64,000 nt of DNA. Source: Methanocaldococcus sp. 16A. GTDB lineage: Archaea; AGJL01; Methanococci; Methanococcales; Methanocaldococcaceae. Below are positions 10,698 to 19,947 of this stretch, piece by piece (the stretch's first letter is position 1; every line of letters starts with the position of its first letter). The notes below the pieces were generated by a model. It had not been told where the DNA came from. It worked only from the letters and a program-made list of their open reading frames with translations, and did no database searches. Position numbers and translations under genes: made by a program. The DNA lies in assembly GCA_049860595.1 (NCBI GenBank), contig CP187551.1. One strand, written 5' to 3'.

Positions 10698-10761
10698 ATG
10701 AAACTTTTAGTAAAAGTTTCATCAAAACGGATGCATTGCTTCCTAAAGGAAGCAATGCCTC
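10698..10761. repeat. REP-like hairpin cassette, two modules, reverse orientation
   Basis: atgaaactttt-agt-aaaagtttcat and gcattgcttcct-aa-aggaagcaatgc; both modules recur at 19768-19853. Confidence 0.8.
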
Positions 10762-10778
10762 TTAAGTACATATCAGGT

Positions 10779-11429
10779 TTATAATTTACCTATTCCGATA
10801 ATTTTTGTATATATGTTGTGTTTTCCTTCTAAAATATCTATAACTCTCTCTGGATATTTGCCATTAACAACGTAAGCGTTCATTTTAAATTGTTTTAAAA
10901 GAATTGGAAAGGTCTCATCTACAGATGTTAAACCTTTAATGTCATTTGCATTAATAATATTTAATAGTTTCCCTTCTGGGAATTTGTCATATATACCATC
11001 AACATTTGTAGCTATTATAACTTCCCTAACATCTAATAACTTTCCTATATATAAACTTAATGAATCTGATGTTATAGCCCAAGAATGCTCAGCCATATCA
11101 GTAGATAGCAAAATTTTTGAAGGTAATATAACAGCAATTTTTTCTTTTTCTATCTCTCTTTTTAAATCAAATAGTGTATCGTAAGCTTTTATATTCCCAA
11201 TTTCAGCATAAACCTCTCCAACCAAATCCATACATTTTATAGCAAGCTTATGGGATAAAGAGTTAGAAATTTTTAGATTTTTATCTATCTTTCTAACGAT
11301 ATTTGCAAACTCTCCTCCTCCAGGAATAACAACTACCTTCTTATCATTTTCTTTTGCATAGTTTTTCAATGCTTTTAATAATGGCTCTGCATCATAAGTT
11401 AAAGAACCACCAATTTTTATTATATGCAT
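10779..11429 (-). CDS. mfnE: Amino-acid-kinase-family protein, probable methanofuran biosynthesis kinase MfnE
   Basis: IIKIGGSL, VIPGGGEFA, HSWAITSDS, TNVDGIY, TSVD. Confidence 0.8.
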   Translation of the reverse strand: MHIIKIGGSLTYDAEPLLKALKNYAKENDKKVVVIPGGGEFANIVRKIDKNLKISNSLSHKLAIKCMDLVGEVYAEIGNIKAYDTLFDLKREIEKEKIAVILPSKILLSTDMAEHSWAITSDSLSLYIGKLLDVREVIIATNVDGIYDKFPEGKLLNIINANDIKGLTSVDETFPILLKQFKMNAYVVNGKYPERVIDILEGKHNIYTKIIGIGKL

Positions 11430-11445
11430 TTAACTTCACCAACAA

Positions 11446-12687
11446 TTATTTCAAAATCTCGTAAAACACTTTAGCCATCTTAATCAAATCCTCTATTTTA
11501 ATGTGCTCATTTGGTTGGTGAGCAGTTTCTTCTCCAATCCCCCAAACAGCTACTTTATAACCCTTATATCTCAAAAATGCCGCAACAGTTCCTCCACCCA
11601 TTCCGCAAAGCTTCGCCTCTCTATTTAAAACATTCTTTATAGCTTTTTTCAATTCATTAATAATCTCTGCATTTTCATCTGTATAGTTTGGATTCTCTGC
11701 TTTTAATATTTCATACTCTATTGTTGCCTCTATTGAGTTATCATAATACTTAAGATATTTTTTAAAGTCAAAGTTTTTAATAAAATCTTCTATAAACTCT
11801 AAAACTTCATCCATTTTATAATTTGGCAGAATTCTGCAGTCAAAAACAACTTCAACATATCCTGGAATTGTATTAGGATTCTCAACTTTATTTTTTAATA
11901 TCGTTGGTTCAAAGGTTGAATACTCTGGCAAAAATATTGGATTAATTTTGTTAAATGTTTTGTATAAATTGTTGTATAACTCATTTGCAAAGTTAAAAGC
12001 AACTATATCAGCATTTAACCCATTTTCAGGTGTGCTACCATGACACTGCTTTCCTCTAATCTTAAATTTTATCCATAAAATGCCCTTCTCTCCAATCTCT
12101 ACAAATTCTCCAGTTGGTGTTCCAAAATCTGGAACTATAATTAAATCATCTTTTTTAAATATCTCATCCTCAAAGTTATCCAATAGATATTTTAAGCCAT
12201 ATTCACTTCCATCCTCTTCATCAGAGACAAAAACTAATGATAAATTGTATTTTGGCTTAATATTATTTTCAAAAATCATTTTTAATAATAGTAGAGAAGA
12301 AACTATTCCTTTATGGTTGTCCTCTGCTCCTCTTCCATAAATTTTTCCATCTTTAATAACTGGTTCATAAGGATTTGTATCCCACAAACTAATATCTCCT
12401 TCTGGAACAGTATCTAAATGAGAAATAATATGTAATGTCTTATCTCTATTGAAATCTATTTTAAAAACTATATTTGGTCTTTCAATACTGTATTTGTCAA
12501 TTACATTGTATTCTTTTAGAGTATAATTTTTTATATTATATTTTTTAACATATTCCATTAATTTGTTTTTAACATATTCTGCTTTTTCTTTCTCTCCATT
12601 TCCTCCAAATGAAGGATTAACTGAATTGATTTTTATTAAATCACTCTCTAACTTTATGGCTTCTTCTTTTAATTTCATAAACATCAT
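11446..12687 (-). CDS. M20 metallohydrolase (DapE/ArgE-like)
   Basis: SHLDTVP, GRGAEDN, SDEEDGS, GKQCHGSTP, AHQPNE. Confidence 0.9.
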   Translation of the reverse strand: MMFMKLKEEAIKLESDLIKINSVNPSFGGNGEKEKAEYVKNKLMEYVKKYNIKNYTLKEYNVIDKYSIERPNIVFKIDFNRDKTLHIISHLDTVPEGDISLWDTNPYEPVIKDGKIYGRGAEDNHKGIVSSLLLLKMIFENNIKPKYNLSLVFVSDEEDGSEYGLKYLLDNFEDEIFKKDDLIIVPDFGTPTGEFVEIGEKGILWIKFKIRGKQCHGSTPENGLNADIVAFNFANELYNNLYKTFNKINPIFLPEYSTFEPTILKNKVENPNTIPGYVEVVFDCRILPNYKMDEVLEFIEDFIKNFDFKKYLKYYDNSIEATIEYEILKAENPNYTDENAEIINELKKAIKNVLNREAKLCGMGGGTVAAFLRYKGYKVAVWGIGEETAHQPNEHIKIEDLIKMAKVFYEILK

Positions 12688-12768
12688 CTCATTAAACTGT
12701 GTTAATTAAGATTGTTAATTATTTAATTATATAATTTCAAATTTTTTAAAAAATTAAGTAAGAAAAAA

Positions 12769-12801
12769 CTTTATATATTTTTTGTTCTATATAACGAACA
12801 A
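12769..12801 (+). promoter_or_regulatory. TATA box followed by a palindromic operator for the XRE-azlCD operon
   Basis: tttatata at about 12769, then TTGTTC-N8-GAACAA at 12782-12801. Confidence 0.6.
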
Positions 12802-12823
12802 TATATACAAAATGTGTGATATA

Positions 12824-13369
12824 ATGAACAACAACATCTCAAAAATTATTGGAGATAAAATATCAAAATTAAGAAAAGAGAGGGGAATATCGTTATCTAA
12901 ACTCGCAGAACTTGCTAAAATCTCAAAATCAACGTTATCAAGCATAGAATCTGGAAATGCAAATCCAACAATTTCAACACTATGGGCAATAGCAGATGCG
13001 TTAAATGTTCCTTTTGGAGAGTTGCTACCAAAAGAGTTTAATGAGGTTGATGAATCTGGGATTACTGTTAAACTCATAGAGCAATCCGAAGGAAAACCAA
13101 AAATTGAAGTTTATTTAATGAAATTAAAGCCAAATAGCATTAGAGAAGCAAAACCCCATAAAAAAGGAGTTATTGAGAAGGTTTTGGTTATTAAGGGAAA
13201 GATGATTACTGGCTCTAAAAGTTCTCCAAAATGTTTGAAAGTTGGAGAGGAGATTGAATTTTGTGGGGATGTTCCACATATCTATAAGGCATTGGATGAG
13301 GAAGTTTCAGCAATTGTTGTATTATATTATTTTCCTATGGAAATTGTGAAAATTAAAAATTTATTTTAG
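12824..13369 (+). CDS. XRE-family HTH regulator with C-terminal cupin domain
   Basis: LRKERGISLSKLAELAKISKSTLSSIESGNANPTISTLWAIA; cupin H..G..E...FCGDVPHIY; start after gtgat. Confidence 0.92.
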   Translation: MNNNISKIIGDKISKLRKERGISLSKLAELAKISKSTLSSIESGNANPTISTLWAIADALNVPFGELLPKEFNEVDESGITVKLIEQSEGKPKIEVYLMKLKPNSIREAKPHKKGVIEKVLVIKGKMITGSKSSPKCLKVGEEIEFCGDVPHIYKALDEEVSAIVVLYYFPMEIVKIKNLF

Positions 13370-13378
13370 GTTGAAAAT

Positions 13379-14029
13379 ATGTTTAAAAGAGGGTTAATTA
13401 GGAGTTTTCCAATAGCTATTGGTTATTTACCAGTTGCCATTACTTTTGGTGTCTCTGCATTAGCTTTAGGGTTTAGTAAGGTTGAGGTATTTTTAATCTC
13501 TGCTTTAATCTTCGCAGGAGCGAGTCAGTTTGCTTTAATTTCTCTATTGCCTTATTCAGTTATTGATGCAGTATCTGTTGCCTTAATTTTAAATTTAAGA
13601 CATATAATTTATTCCTATATAATTTCCCAGAAGTTTGAGTTAAAAAAGCCATTTATAACTGCATTTGGACTGACAGATGAAGTTTTTGCCTCTTCTATAG
13701 CCTCAGAGGAAATGGATGAAAAATATATATTAGGTTTGGAGGTTGGGAGTTATTTATCGTGGATTTTAGGAACATTAGTGGGAATTTTTGGAGGCTATAT
13801 ATTATTATCCAATGAAATTCTCTATCCTTCATTATTATTTTCATTAACAGCATTGTATTTTATCTTATTAGTTCCAAATCTTAAAAAATTAGGTTTATCT
13901 GCAATACTTGGAGGAGTGATTGCGTTGGTGTTTTATTATTTTGGTTATCCATCAATTGGCATATTGGTTGCAGGTATTTTAAGCCCGTTGGTAGTGTTAA
14001 AAATAAAAAATAAGAATGGGATAACATGA
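13379..14029 (+). CDS. AzlC-family branched-chain amino acid exporter, large subunit
   Basis: PIAIGYLPVAITFG, FAGASQF, NLRHIIYS, LTDEVFA. Confidence 0.92.
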   Translation: MFKRGLIRSFPIAIGYLPVAITFGVSALALGFSKVEVFLISALIFAGASQFALISLLPYSVIDAVSVALILNLRHIIYSYIISQKFELKKPFITAFGLTDEVFASSIASEEMDEKYILGLEVGSYLSWILGTLVGIFGGYILLSNEILYPSLLFSLTALYFILLVPNLKKLGLSAILGGVIALVFYYFGYPSIGILVAGILSPLVVLKIKNKNGIT

Positions 14030-14343
14030 AACATTATTTAGCAATATTGGTTGTCTCAATTGGGACATATTTAATGAGATTGTTGCCAATAATATTTAAT
14101 ACACGATTTAAAAAATTAAAAGGTGTGAATGAATTTTTTGCTTATTCATCATCTGCCATTATCTCTGCACTTTTTGTTACTTCGTTAGTGTCTTTTCCAA
14201 TTAAGTTGGAGAGTTTAAGTGTAAATATAATTGCTCTAATATTTGTATTCCTATCATATAAAAAATGGAAAAATTTTGGAATTTCAATATTAATTGGAGT
14301 TGTTGTTCATTTAGTACTAAATATAACTTTAGCAAAATGTTGA
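14026..14343 (+). CDS. AzlD-family small subunit
   Basis: GTYLMRLLP motif, hydrophobic, ATGA overlap with azlC. Confidence 0.85.
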   Translation: MKHYLAILVVSIGTYLMRLLPIIFNTRFKKLKGVNEFFAYSSSAIISALFVTSLVSFPIKLESLSVNIIALIFVFLSYKKWKNFGISILIGVVVHLVLNITLAKC

Positions 14344-14532
14344 GAGAATTTTTTAGTTTAAGATACTATATTTCAACTTAATTTCAACTTATGATTAATC
14401 TTTTTTAGTAATCTACCATTAATTTAAATTTATCAGGAAAGATATTACCCAACATGGATATTTGTCTATAATCGTCCATGTAGGACAGATTCCTATCTTT
14501 AACCATTTTCTCTTTTCACAAACTTTTTACCT

Positions 14533-15588
14533 TTAAAATATTTTGAGATATAATGTTAAAGCTACCAAGTGCATTATATAAATTAACATTCCAATTAATA
14601 AAAACCTTACTACACCAACTTCCCTATTAGATAATCTTAACGTTATCAAATTTGCAAATGAAGATATTAAAGTTCCATTCCCACCAACATTTACACCATA
14701 AGCTATTGGAAGCCAATTATCGTAGATATTTGAGAGAAGAACAGTTGTTGGTACATTAGAGATAATTTGGGATAATAATGATGAATAAACCATTAACATC
14801 ACATCATCTCCTCTTATATGAAACAAATTTATTATATCTAATTTTTTAATCCCATAAACATCTATAAATAAAAAGATGAATGTTAATAAAAACAAATAAT
14901 CAATTTTTGGTTTTTTAATTAAAATAATTGCCAAAATTATTGGAAATAAATAAATGAAGTTTAAAAATCCAAAGATGCAGAGTAAAATCAGCATAAAGAT
15001 TATAAGATAAATTATCCACTCTTTTTTAAACTCAATCTCGACATTTATCTTACAATTATATTTTTTAAACTCTATAAATGGCAAAATAATTAAGATTCCA
15101 AGAATTTCAAAAGGAATCATATTTTTTATAAATTCAAAAGCCTCTATATTATAAAAATGATATAAAAATAGATTTTGAGGATTGCCTATTGGAGTTAAAC
15201 TACTCCCAATATTTGCAGATACTCCTTCAAATATTATAAGTTTTTCAAGGTCTTTTTTGTTAGCTTCTATATATTTAAATAAAATTAATGTGAGAGGAAT
15301 TATAACAAACAAAACAACATCATTTGTTATTATCATTGACAAAATTAATGTTAAGGTTATTAAAGTAATAAATACTCTACTTGAATGTTTTATAACAATC
15401 AAAGAAACATAATCTAAAAATTTTGAATCTTTTAGAACATTTACAATAACCATTAAATAAAACAAAGATATTATAGTTTTCCATTCTATTACATGGATAG
15501 CTTCAGATAAGCTAACTACAAATATTAGCATTAGAATGCCCACAAATATAAAAATTAAAAATATAAATGTATCAACTCTCATACACAT
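14533..15588 (-). CDS. ArsB/NhaD/CitMHS-superfamily anion permease
   Basis: ITNDV, ANIGSSLTPIGNPQNL, SNVP, NVGGNGTLISSFANLI. Confidence 0.85.
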   Translation of the reverse strand: MCMRVDTFIFLIFIFVGILMLIFVVSLSEAIHVIEWKTIISLFYLMVIVNVLKDSKFLDYVSLIVIKHSSRVFITLITLTLILSMIITNDVVLFVIIPLTLILFKYIEANKKDLEKLIIFEGVSANIGSSLTPIGNPQNLFLYHFYNIEAFEFIKNMIPFEILGILIILPFIEFKKYNCKINVEIEFKKEWIIYLIIFMLILLCIFGFLNFIYLFPIILAIILIKKPKIDYLFLLTFIFLFIDVYGIKKLDIINLFHIRGDDVMLMVYSSLLSQIISNVPTTVLLSNIYDNWLPIAYGVNVGGNGTLISSFANLITLRLSNREVGVVRFLLIGMLIYIMHLVALTLYLKIF

Positions 15589-15597
15589 CCCAACTAT

Positions 15598-16191
15598 GTG
15601 GTGTTGATTATGAAATGCTCCAAATGTATTAAAAAACTTTGCTATGCTGGAAAAAACTGTAAAAAGGATATAACAAAAAAAATTTTAGATGAATATAAAA
15701 AAGAAGACAATTTAAAAATAGCTAAAGTTTCTTCTTATATAGAGGCTACATATTACATGAAAAAAACGAGGTTGGAAGAGATTATAGAATTCTGCAAACT
15801 TATGGATTATAAAAAGATAGGTATTGCTTTTTGTATTGGTTTAGAGAACGAAGCAAAAATATTAGATGAAATATTGGCTCAACATTTTGACACCTATTCT
15901 GTTTGTTGCAAAGTTTGTGGAATTGATAAAGATGTTTTAAAGTTGAAAAAAATTAACAATAATAACAAAGAGGCAATGTGTAATCCTATAGCCCAGGCAG
16001 AAATTTTAAATGAGATTGGAACTGATTTAAATATTATTGTTGGTTTATGTATAGGACATGATATTCTATTCCAAAAATATTCAAAAGCTCCAACGACTAC
16101 ATTTATTGTTAAAGATAGAGTTTTATCTCACAATACAGCTGGGACAATTTATAGCAAATACTACCTAAAAAAGCTTAAAGTGATAAAATGA
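15598..16191 (+). CDS. Cys-rich DUF1847-like metal-binding protein
   Basis: TRLEEIIEF, GIAFCIGL, CCKVCG, MCNPIAQA, GLCIGHD. Confidence 0.8.
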   Translation: MVLIMKCSKCIKKLCYAGKNCKKDITKKILDEYKKEDNLKIAKVSSYIEATYYMKKTRLEEIIEFCKLMDYKKIGIAFCIGLENEAKILDEILAQHFDTYSVCCKVCGIDKDVLKLKKINNNNKEAMCNPIAQAEILNEIGTDLNIIVGLCIGHDILFQKYSKAPTTTFIVKDRVLSHNTAGTIYSKYYLKKLKVIK

Positions 16192-17177
16192 AAGATTTAA
16201 GACCAATAATATGGGATGATGATAAAAAAGAGCTAATTTTAATAGACCAAAGGAAGCTTCCAAACAAATTGGAGTATTTTATCTGCAAAAATTATGAAGA
16301 TGTTGCATTTGCCATAAAGGATATGGTTGTTAGAGGAGCTCCTGCTATTGGTGTCTCTGCAGCTTATGGATTGGCTTTAGCTGAAATTAGAGGAGATGAT
16401 ATTTCTAAGGCATACAACATCTTAAAGAATACAAGACCTACTGCAGTTAATCTATTTTGGGCATTGGATAGATGCTTAGAAGCTTACAAAAAAGGAAAAT
16501 CAATCTTAGATGAAGCTAAGAAAATTCATGAGGAAGATATAGAAACCTGCAGAAAAATTGGAATGATTGGAGAGAAACTTATAGAAGATGGAGATACTAT
16601 CTTAACCCACTGCAATGCTGGAGCTTTAGCTACATCTGCCTATGGAACTGCTTTAAGTGTTATTAGATTTGCCTTCTACAATGGAAAAAAGATTAGAGTT
16701 ATAGCTGATGAAACAAGACCAAGATTGCAAGGAGCTAAGCTAACCGCTTTTGAGTTAAGTTATGAAGGTATTCCTGTTAAGGTTATAACAGATAATACCG
16801 CTGGCTTTTTAATGCAAAAGGGAGAGATTGATAAAATTATAGTTGGGGCAGATAGAATCTTGGCAGACGGAACTGTATATAACAAAATTGGAACCTATAG
16901 TTTGGCAGTTTTAGCTAAATATCATGGAATTCCTTTCTATGTAGCTGCTCCTTTATCAACGTTTGATTTAAAAAGTAATGAAGAAGATGTTATTATTGAA
17001 GAGAGGGACGAGAAAGAAGTAGCATATATTGATGGAGTTAGAATAATTCCTGAAGGTGTTGGTTGCTATAACTATGCATTTGATAAAACTCCTCCTGAGC
17101 TAATAACTGCAATTATAACTGAAAAAGGAATAGTAAAACCAAATAAAGACGAAATTATAGGACTTTTGCAGAAATAA
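16188..17177 (+). CDS. mtnA: Methylthioribose-1-phosphate isomerase
   Basis: MVVRGAPAIG, TRPTAVNL, THCNAGALAT, ETRPRLQG, NKIGTY. Confidence 0.95.
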   Translation: MKDLRPIIWDDDKKELILIDQRKLPNKLEYFICKNYEDVAFAIKDMVVRGAPAIGVSAAYGLALAEIRGDDISKAYNILKNTRPTAVNLFWALDRCLEAYKKGKSILDEAKKIHEEDIETCRKIGMIGEKLIEDGDTILTHCNAGALATSAYGTALSVIRFAFYNGKKIRVIADETRPRLQGAKLTAFELSYEGIPVKVITDNTAGFLMQKGEIDKIIVGADRILADGTVYNKIGTYSLAVLAKYHGIPFYVAAPLSTFDLKSNEEDVIIEERDEKEVAYIDGVRIIPEGVGCYNYAFDKTPPELITAIITEKGIVKPNKDEIIGLLQK

Positions 17178-17185
17178 GTTTTTTA
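17158..17185. repeat. Family A terminal repeat overlapping the mtnA C-terminus
   Basis: taggacttttgcagaaataa encodes the final GLLQK-stop. Confidence 0.65.
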
Positions 17186-17234
17186 AATCATATATTATGC
17201 TTTTGGAATCAATAAAACTTTTCAGGTAGAGAGT

Positions 17235-17549
17235 ATGGTATGTATTGATAAAATGAACTATGAAATTCTATACAAAGGAGGATTTAAGGACTGTGCAGAA
17301 TTTATAAGAAAAAATTTTAAAAACGTTAGAGAGATGAACGCAGGAGATGAAATTTTTAAAGGAGTTTTCTTAATTGGACTTCCACCAATTCCTGTAGCAT
17401 ATGAGGATAATTATATAATATTCCCTTATACAAAACCATGTCATGGAACTTTTGTTTTAAAAATAAACCTTGAAGAGATAAAAGAAGAGGAAAAAGAAGA
17501 AACTGAGAAAAATAAAAAGAGTTTATTATCAAAACTAAAATTCTGGTGA
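17235..17549 (+). CDS. Methanogen conserved protein (DUF1894-like)
   Basis: IGLPPIP..PYTKPCHGTF motif; paired with the DUF1890-like gene. Confidence 0.75.
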   Translation: MVCIDKMNYEILYKGGFKDCAEFIRKNFKNVREMNAGDEIFKGVFLIGLPPIPVAYEDNYIIFPYTKPCHGTFVLKINLEEIKEEEKEETEKNKKSLLSKLKFW

Positions 17550-17553
17550 AAAC

Positions 17554-18012
17554 ATGAATATATTAGTTATAGTTGGATGTCCTGAACCACCAGCATTAAT
17601 TCCTTCTGTTTTATATTTAATAAACCAATTGAAAAAAAGAGGAGATAATGTTATTATAGCTGCAAATCACGCAGCAATAAAGCTTTTAGAGGTTGCTGAT
17701 GATGATAAACACTATTTAAAAGGTGTTGGAGCAGTAGGTATTGATGATGGCATAACTGGAATAGAAGGAATTGATAAAATAATTGCCTTTGTCCATAATG
17801 ATGGAGGAGTTAGCTATACAGTAACATACAAAACCAAATATAACAAAGACACTTATGCCATTGTCTTTGGAAAACAAATAAATAAAGATTACGTTGAAAC
17901 TCTAAAAAACAATAATATAGAGGTTTATACTGCGAGAGCTTTCCATAATCCAATGCCAATTGTAAATAAAATAAAAGAGCTATTGATGAACATAGAACTT
18001 CCAAAAGAATAG
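17554..18012 (+). CDS. Methanogen conserved protein (DUF1890-like)
   Basis: VGCPE, FVHNDGG, AFHNPMP. Confidence 0.75.
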   Translation: MNILVIVGCPEPPALIPSVLYLINQLKKRGDNVIIAANHAAIKLLEVADDDKHYLKGVGAVGIDDGITGIEGIDKIIAFVHNDGGVSYTVTYKTKYNKDTYAIVFGKQINKDYVETLKNNNIEVYTARAFHNPMPIVNKIKELLMNIELPKE

Positions 18013-18046
18013 ATTCTTATTACTATTATATCATTTTTTATTATTT

Positions 18047-18724
18047 TTAAACCATTTTAACAACCTTTAAAAATTCATCTACTTTTTTTAAATCCTTCTT
18101 TCCTCCATAAGATTCTAATGAGGAAGATACATCTATAGCGTAAGGTTTAACTGTCTTTATTGCCTCTAATACATTATCCTTATTCAAACCACCTGCTAAA
18201 ATTAAAGGTTTTTCTAAAGATTCTTTCAATTTTTTAGATACTGCCCAATTATGAATCTTCCCTTCAAATTTTATATTTTCTATTTTTGTATCTACCAAAA
18301 TTGCATCAACATATTTTTCATATTCTTTAGCAGTATTTAATAAAGATTTAAAATCTATCTCTTCATCTTTAGGTATGTGGATAACTTTAATTATATCAGC
18401 ATTTAATTTTCCATTATTTTTTAGATTTCTTATCTCTTTAACAAAATCTAAGCTCTCAAATCCATGTAGCTGTATAGCATTTGGTTTTAAATTTTTGTAT
18501 ATTTCTAAAACCTCCCTTATATCATTTGGCATTAATACAGAGACTAATGATGTAAATGGAGCAATATATTTTTTTAACTCTATAGCTTTATCCAACGATA
18601 TTTTTCTTGGAGTTTTTACAGGGACATCTATTATAACTCCAACAGCATGAACCCTTTTTGATATATATGCCATATCTTCTTCATTAGTGATTCCACAAAT
18701 TTTTACCTTAACCAAATTTTTCAC
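18047..18724 (-). CDS. trpF: Phosphoribosylanthranilate isomerase
   Basis: VKICGIT, IQLHGFE, ILAGGL, DVSSSLE. Confidence 0.95.
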   Translation of the reverse strand: MKNLVKVKICGITNEEDMAYISKRVHAVGVIIDVPVKTPRKISLDKAIELKKYIAPFTSLVSVLMPNDIREVLEIYKNLKPNAIQLHGFESLDFVKEIRNLKNNGKLNADIIKVIHIPKDEEIDFKSLLNTAKEYEKYVDAILVDTKIENIKFEGKIHNWAVSKKLKESLEKPLILAGGLNKDNVLEAIKTVKPYAIDVSSSLESYGGKKDLKKVDEFLKVVKMV

Positions 18725-19294
18725 CTAATTTATATTATTTGGGACTTTATTTACTTTCTTTAACTTAAGTTTGTTATTATTTTCTTTTTTATCATCATTT
18801 GAATCTGTTTTTTGGATTTCTGATGATTTATTATTATTTTTTTCACCAATAACTTCGTCAATAATTTCCAATAAGTAATTTACAAGCTCTTTTAAAGTAG
18901 ATATAATTTCAGGAGTAACTTTTGTTATATCATCTTCTGTTATTACTCCCACAATTTTCCCTTCATCTACAATAAACAACTCTTTAGTTTTATATTTGTT
19001 CATAATTTTCAAAGCTTCATCAACCGTAGTGTCTGGTGGAATTGTAATTAACCTCTCTGAAGAGATTTCTTCTACTTTTATTTTATCTGGAAGTAACTTT
19101 TTAATCAATACTTTCTTTATTATATCTTTATCTGTAGCTACTTCAATACTCTCACAATTTGGTTTTCCACACACTACAAGAACACAGGGAATATTTTCTT
19201 TAACCATAAGTTTTGCAACATCATATACGGATACATCCCCACTAACTATTATTGGTTTCTTCATGATAAGTAAAACTGGAATATCCCCCACCAT
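18725..19294 (-). CDS. CBS-domain-pair protein
   Basis: Two CBS repeats (SVYDVAKLM; TVDEALKIM..GKIVGVITEDDI). Confidence 0.88.
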   Translation of the reverse strand: MVGDIPVLLIMKKPIIVSGDVSVYDVAKLMVKENIPCVLVVCGKPNCESIEVATDKDIIKKVLIKKLLPDKIKVEEISSERLITIPPDTTVDEALKIMNKYKTKELFIVDEGKIVGVITEDDITKVTPEIISTLKELVNYLLEIIDEVIGEKNNNKSSEIQKTDSNDDKKENNNKLKLKKVNKVPNNIN

Positions 19295-19500
19295 TTTAAC
19301 TCCCCATCTATATTAAACTCTTAAACACTTTCTTAAATTTTAACTCTTTAGTTATTTTAATCTCTAATTATATTTATAATTTGGTATTATATCGGATAAC
19401 AAAAACTAACTTTTAAGATAGGATTTTTATTTAAATTGAAAATTATCAAAATAAAAACGTGTTTATGTATTTTTATATATTTAAATTATATCTACAAAAC

Positions 19501-19516
19501 CGAAAAGTTTATATAT
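19501..19516 (+). promoter_or_regulatory. BRE/TATA promoter of tRNA-Val
   Basis: cgaaaag-tttatata about 35-50 bp upstream of the tRNA. Confidence 0.75.
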
Positions 19517-19550
19517 GAGTTATACATACTTTAATTTCGCTTGTGGTCGT

Positions 19551-19627
19551 GGGCTCGTGGTCTAGATGGCTATGATGCCGCCCTGACACGGCGGTGGTCG
19601 GGAGTTCGAATCTCCCCGAGCCCACCA
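19551..19627 (+). tRNA. tRNA-Val(GAC)
   Basis: Acceptor GGGCTCG/CGAGCCC, anticodon arm CCGCC-CT-GAC-AC-GGCGG, T arm GGGAG-TTCGAAT-CTCCC, encoded CCA. Confidence 0.97.
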
Positions 19628-19877
19628 TTTTATTTTTGGACGGATGGATTGTTATATTTGAATTTTTTTGATGAAACTTTTTCTAAAAGCATAGAGGGAA
19701 ACCCTCTATTGCTATACACCACGTCCATTAAGTTGCCCCTAAAAGGGGCAATTAATGTCCATTATGAGGCATTGCTTCCTTTAGGAAGCAATGCATCTTG
19801 GGTATACCAATAGGGCGAAGCCCTATGGTGATGAAACTTTTTCTAAAAGTTTCGTTTGTATTTCCTCGAGCCCATCA
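19628..19877. repeat. Composite array of five or more hairpin modules ending in a degenerate copy of the tRNA-Val 3' end
   Basis: atagaggg-aaa-ccctctat; ttgcccct-aaa-aggggcaa; gcattgcttcct-tt-aggaagcaatgc; atagggc-gaa-gccctat; gaaactttt-tct-aaaagtttc; 19861-19877 matches 19611-19627 at 14/17. Confidence 0.8.
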
Positions 19878-19947
19878 TAATTTTATTTTGGAAATTTTTA
19901 TTTATTATTTTAAATATTCAAATTCAATATTCAACAAAAATTAAAAA

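Noticed and set aside
10675-10755. 27-aa N-terminal extension of the zinc-finger protein in the ORF track
   Set aside because: Reads through the hairpin repeat; the same peptide LLPLGSNAS appears in the spurious ORF at 19541; the RBS fits the start at 10674
14405-14506. 33-codon minus-strand mini-ORF (MVKDRNLSY...) between azlD and the permease
   Set aside because: Too short, no recognisable motif or RBS; cannot be supported
19541-19813. 90-aa ORF over tRNA-Val
   Set aside because: Overlaps a clear tRNA and a repeat array
19850-19877. Possible second or split tRNA
   Set aside because: Only a decayed 3' fragment without T-loop consensus or a 5' half; treated as an att-like duplicate
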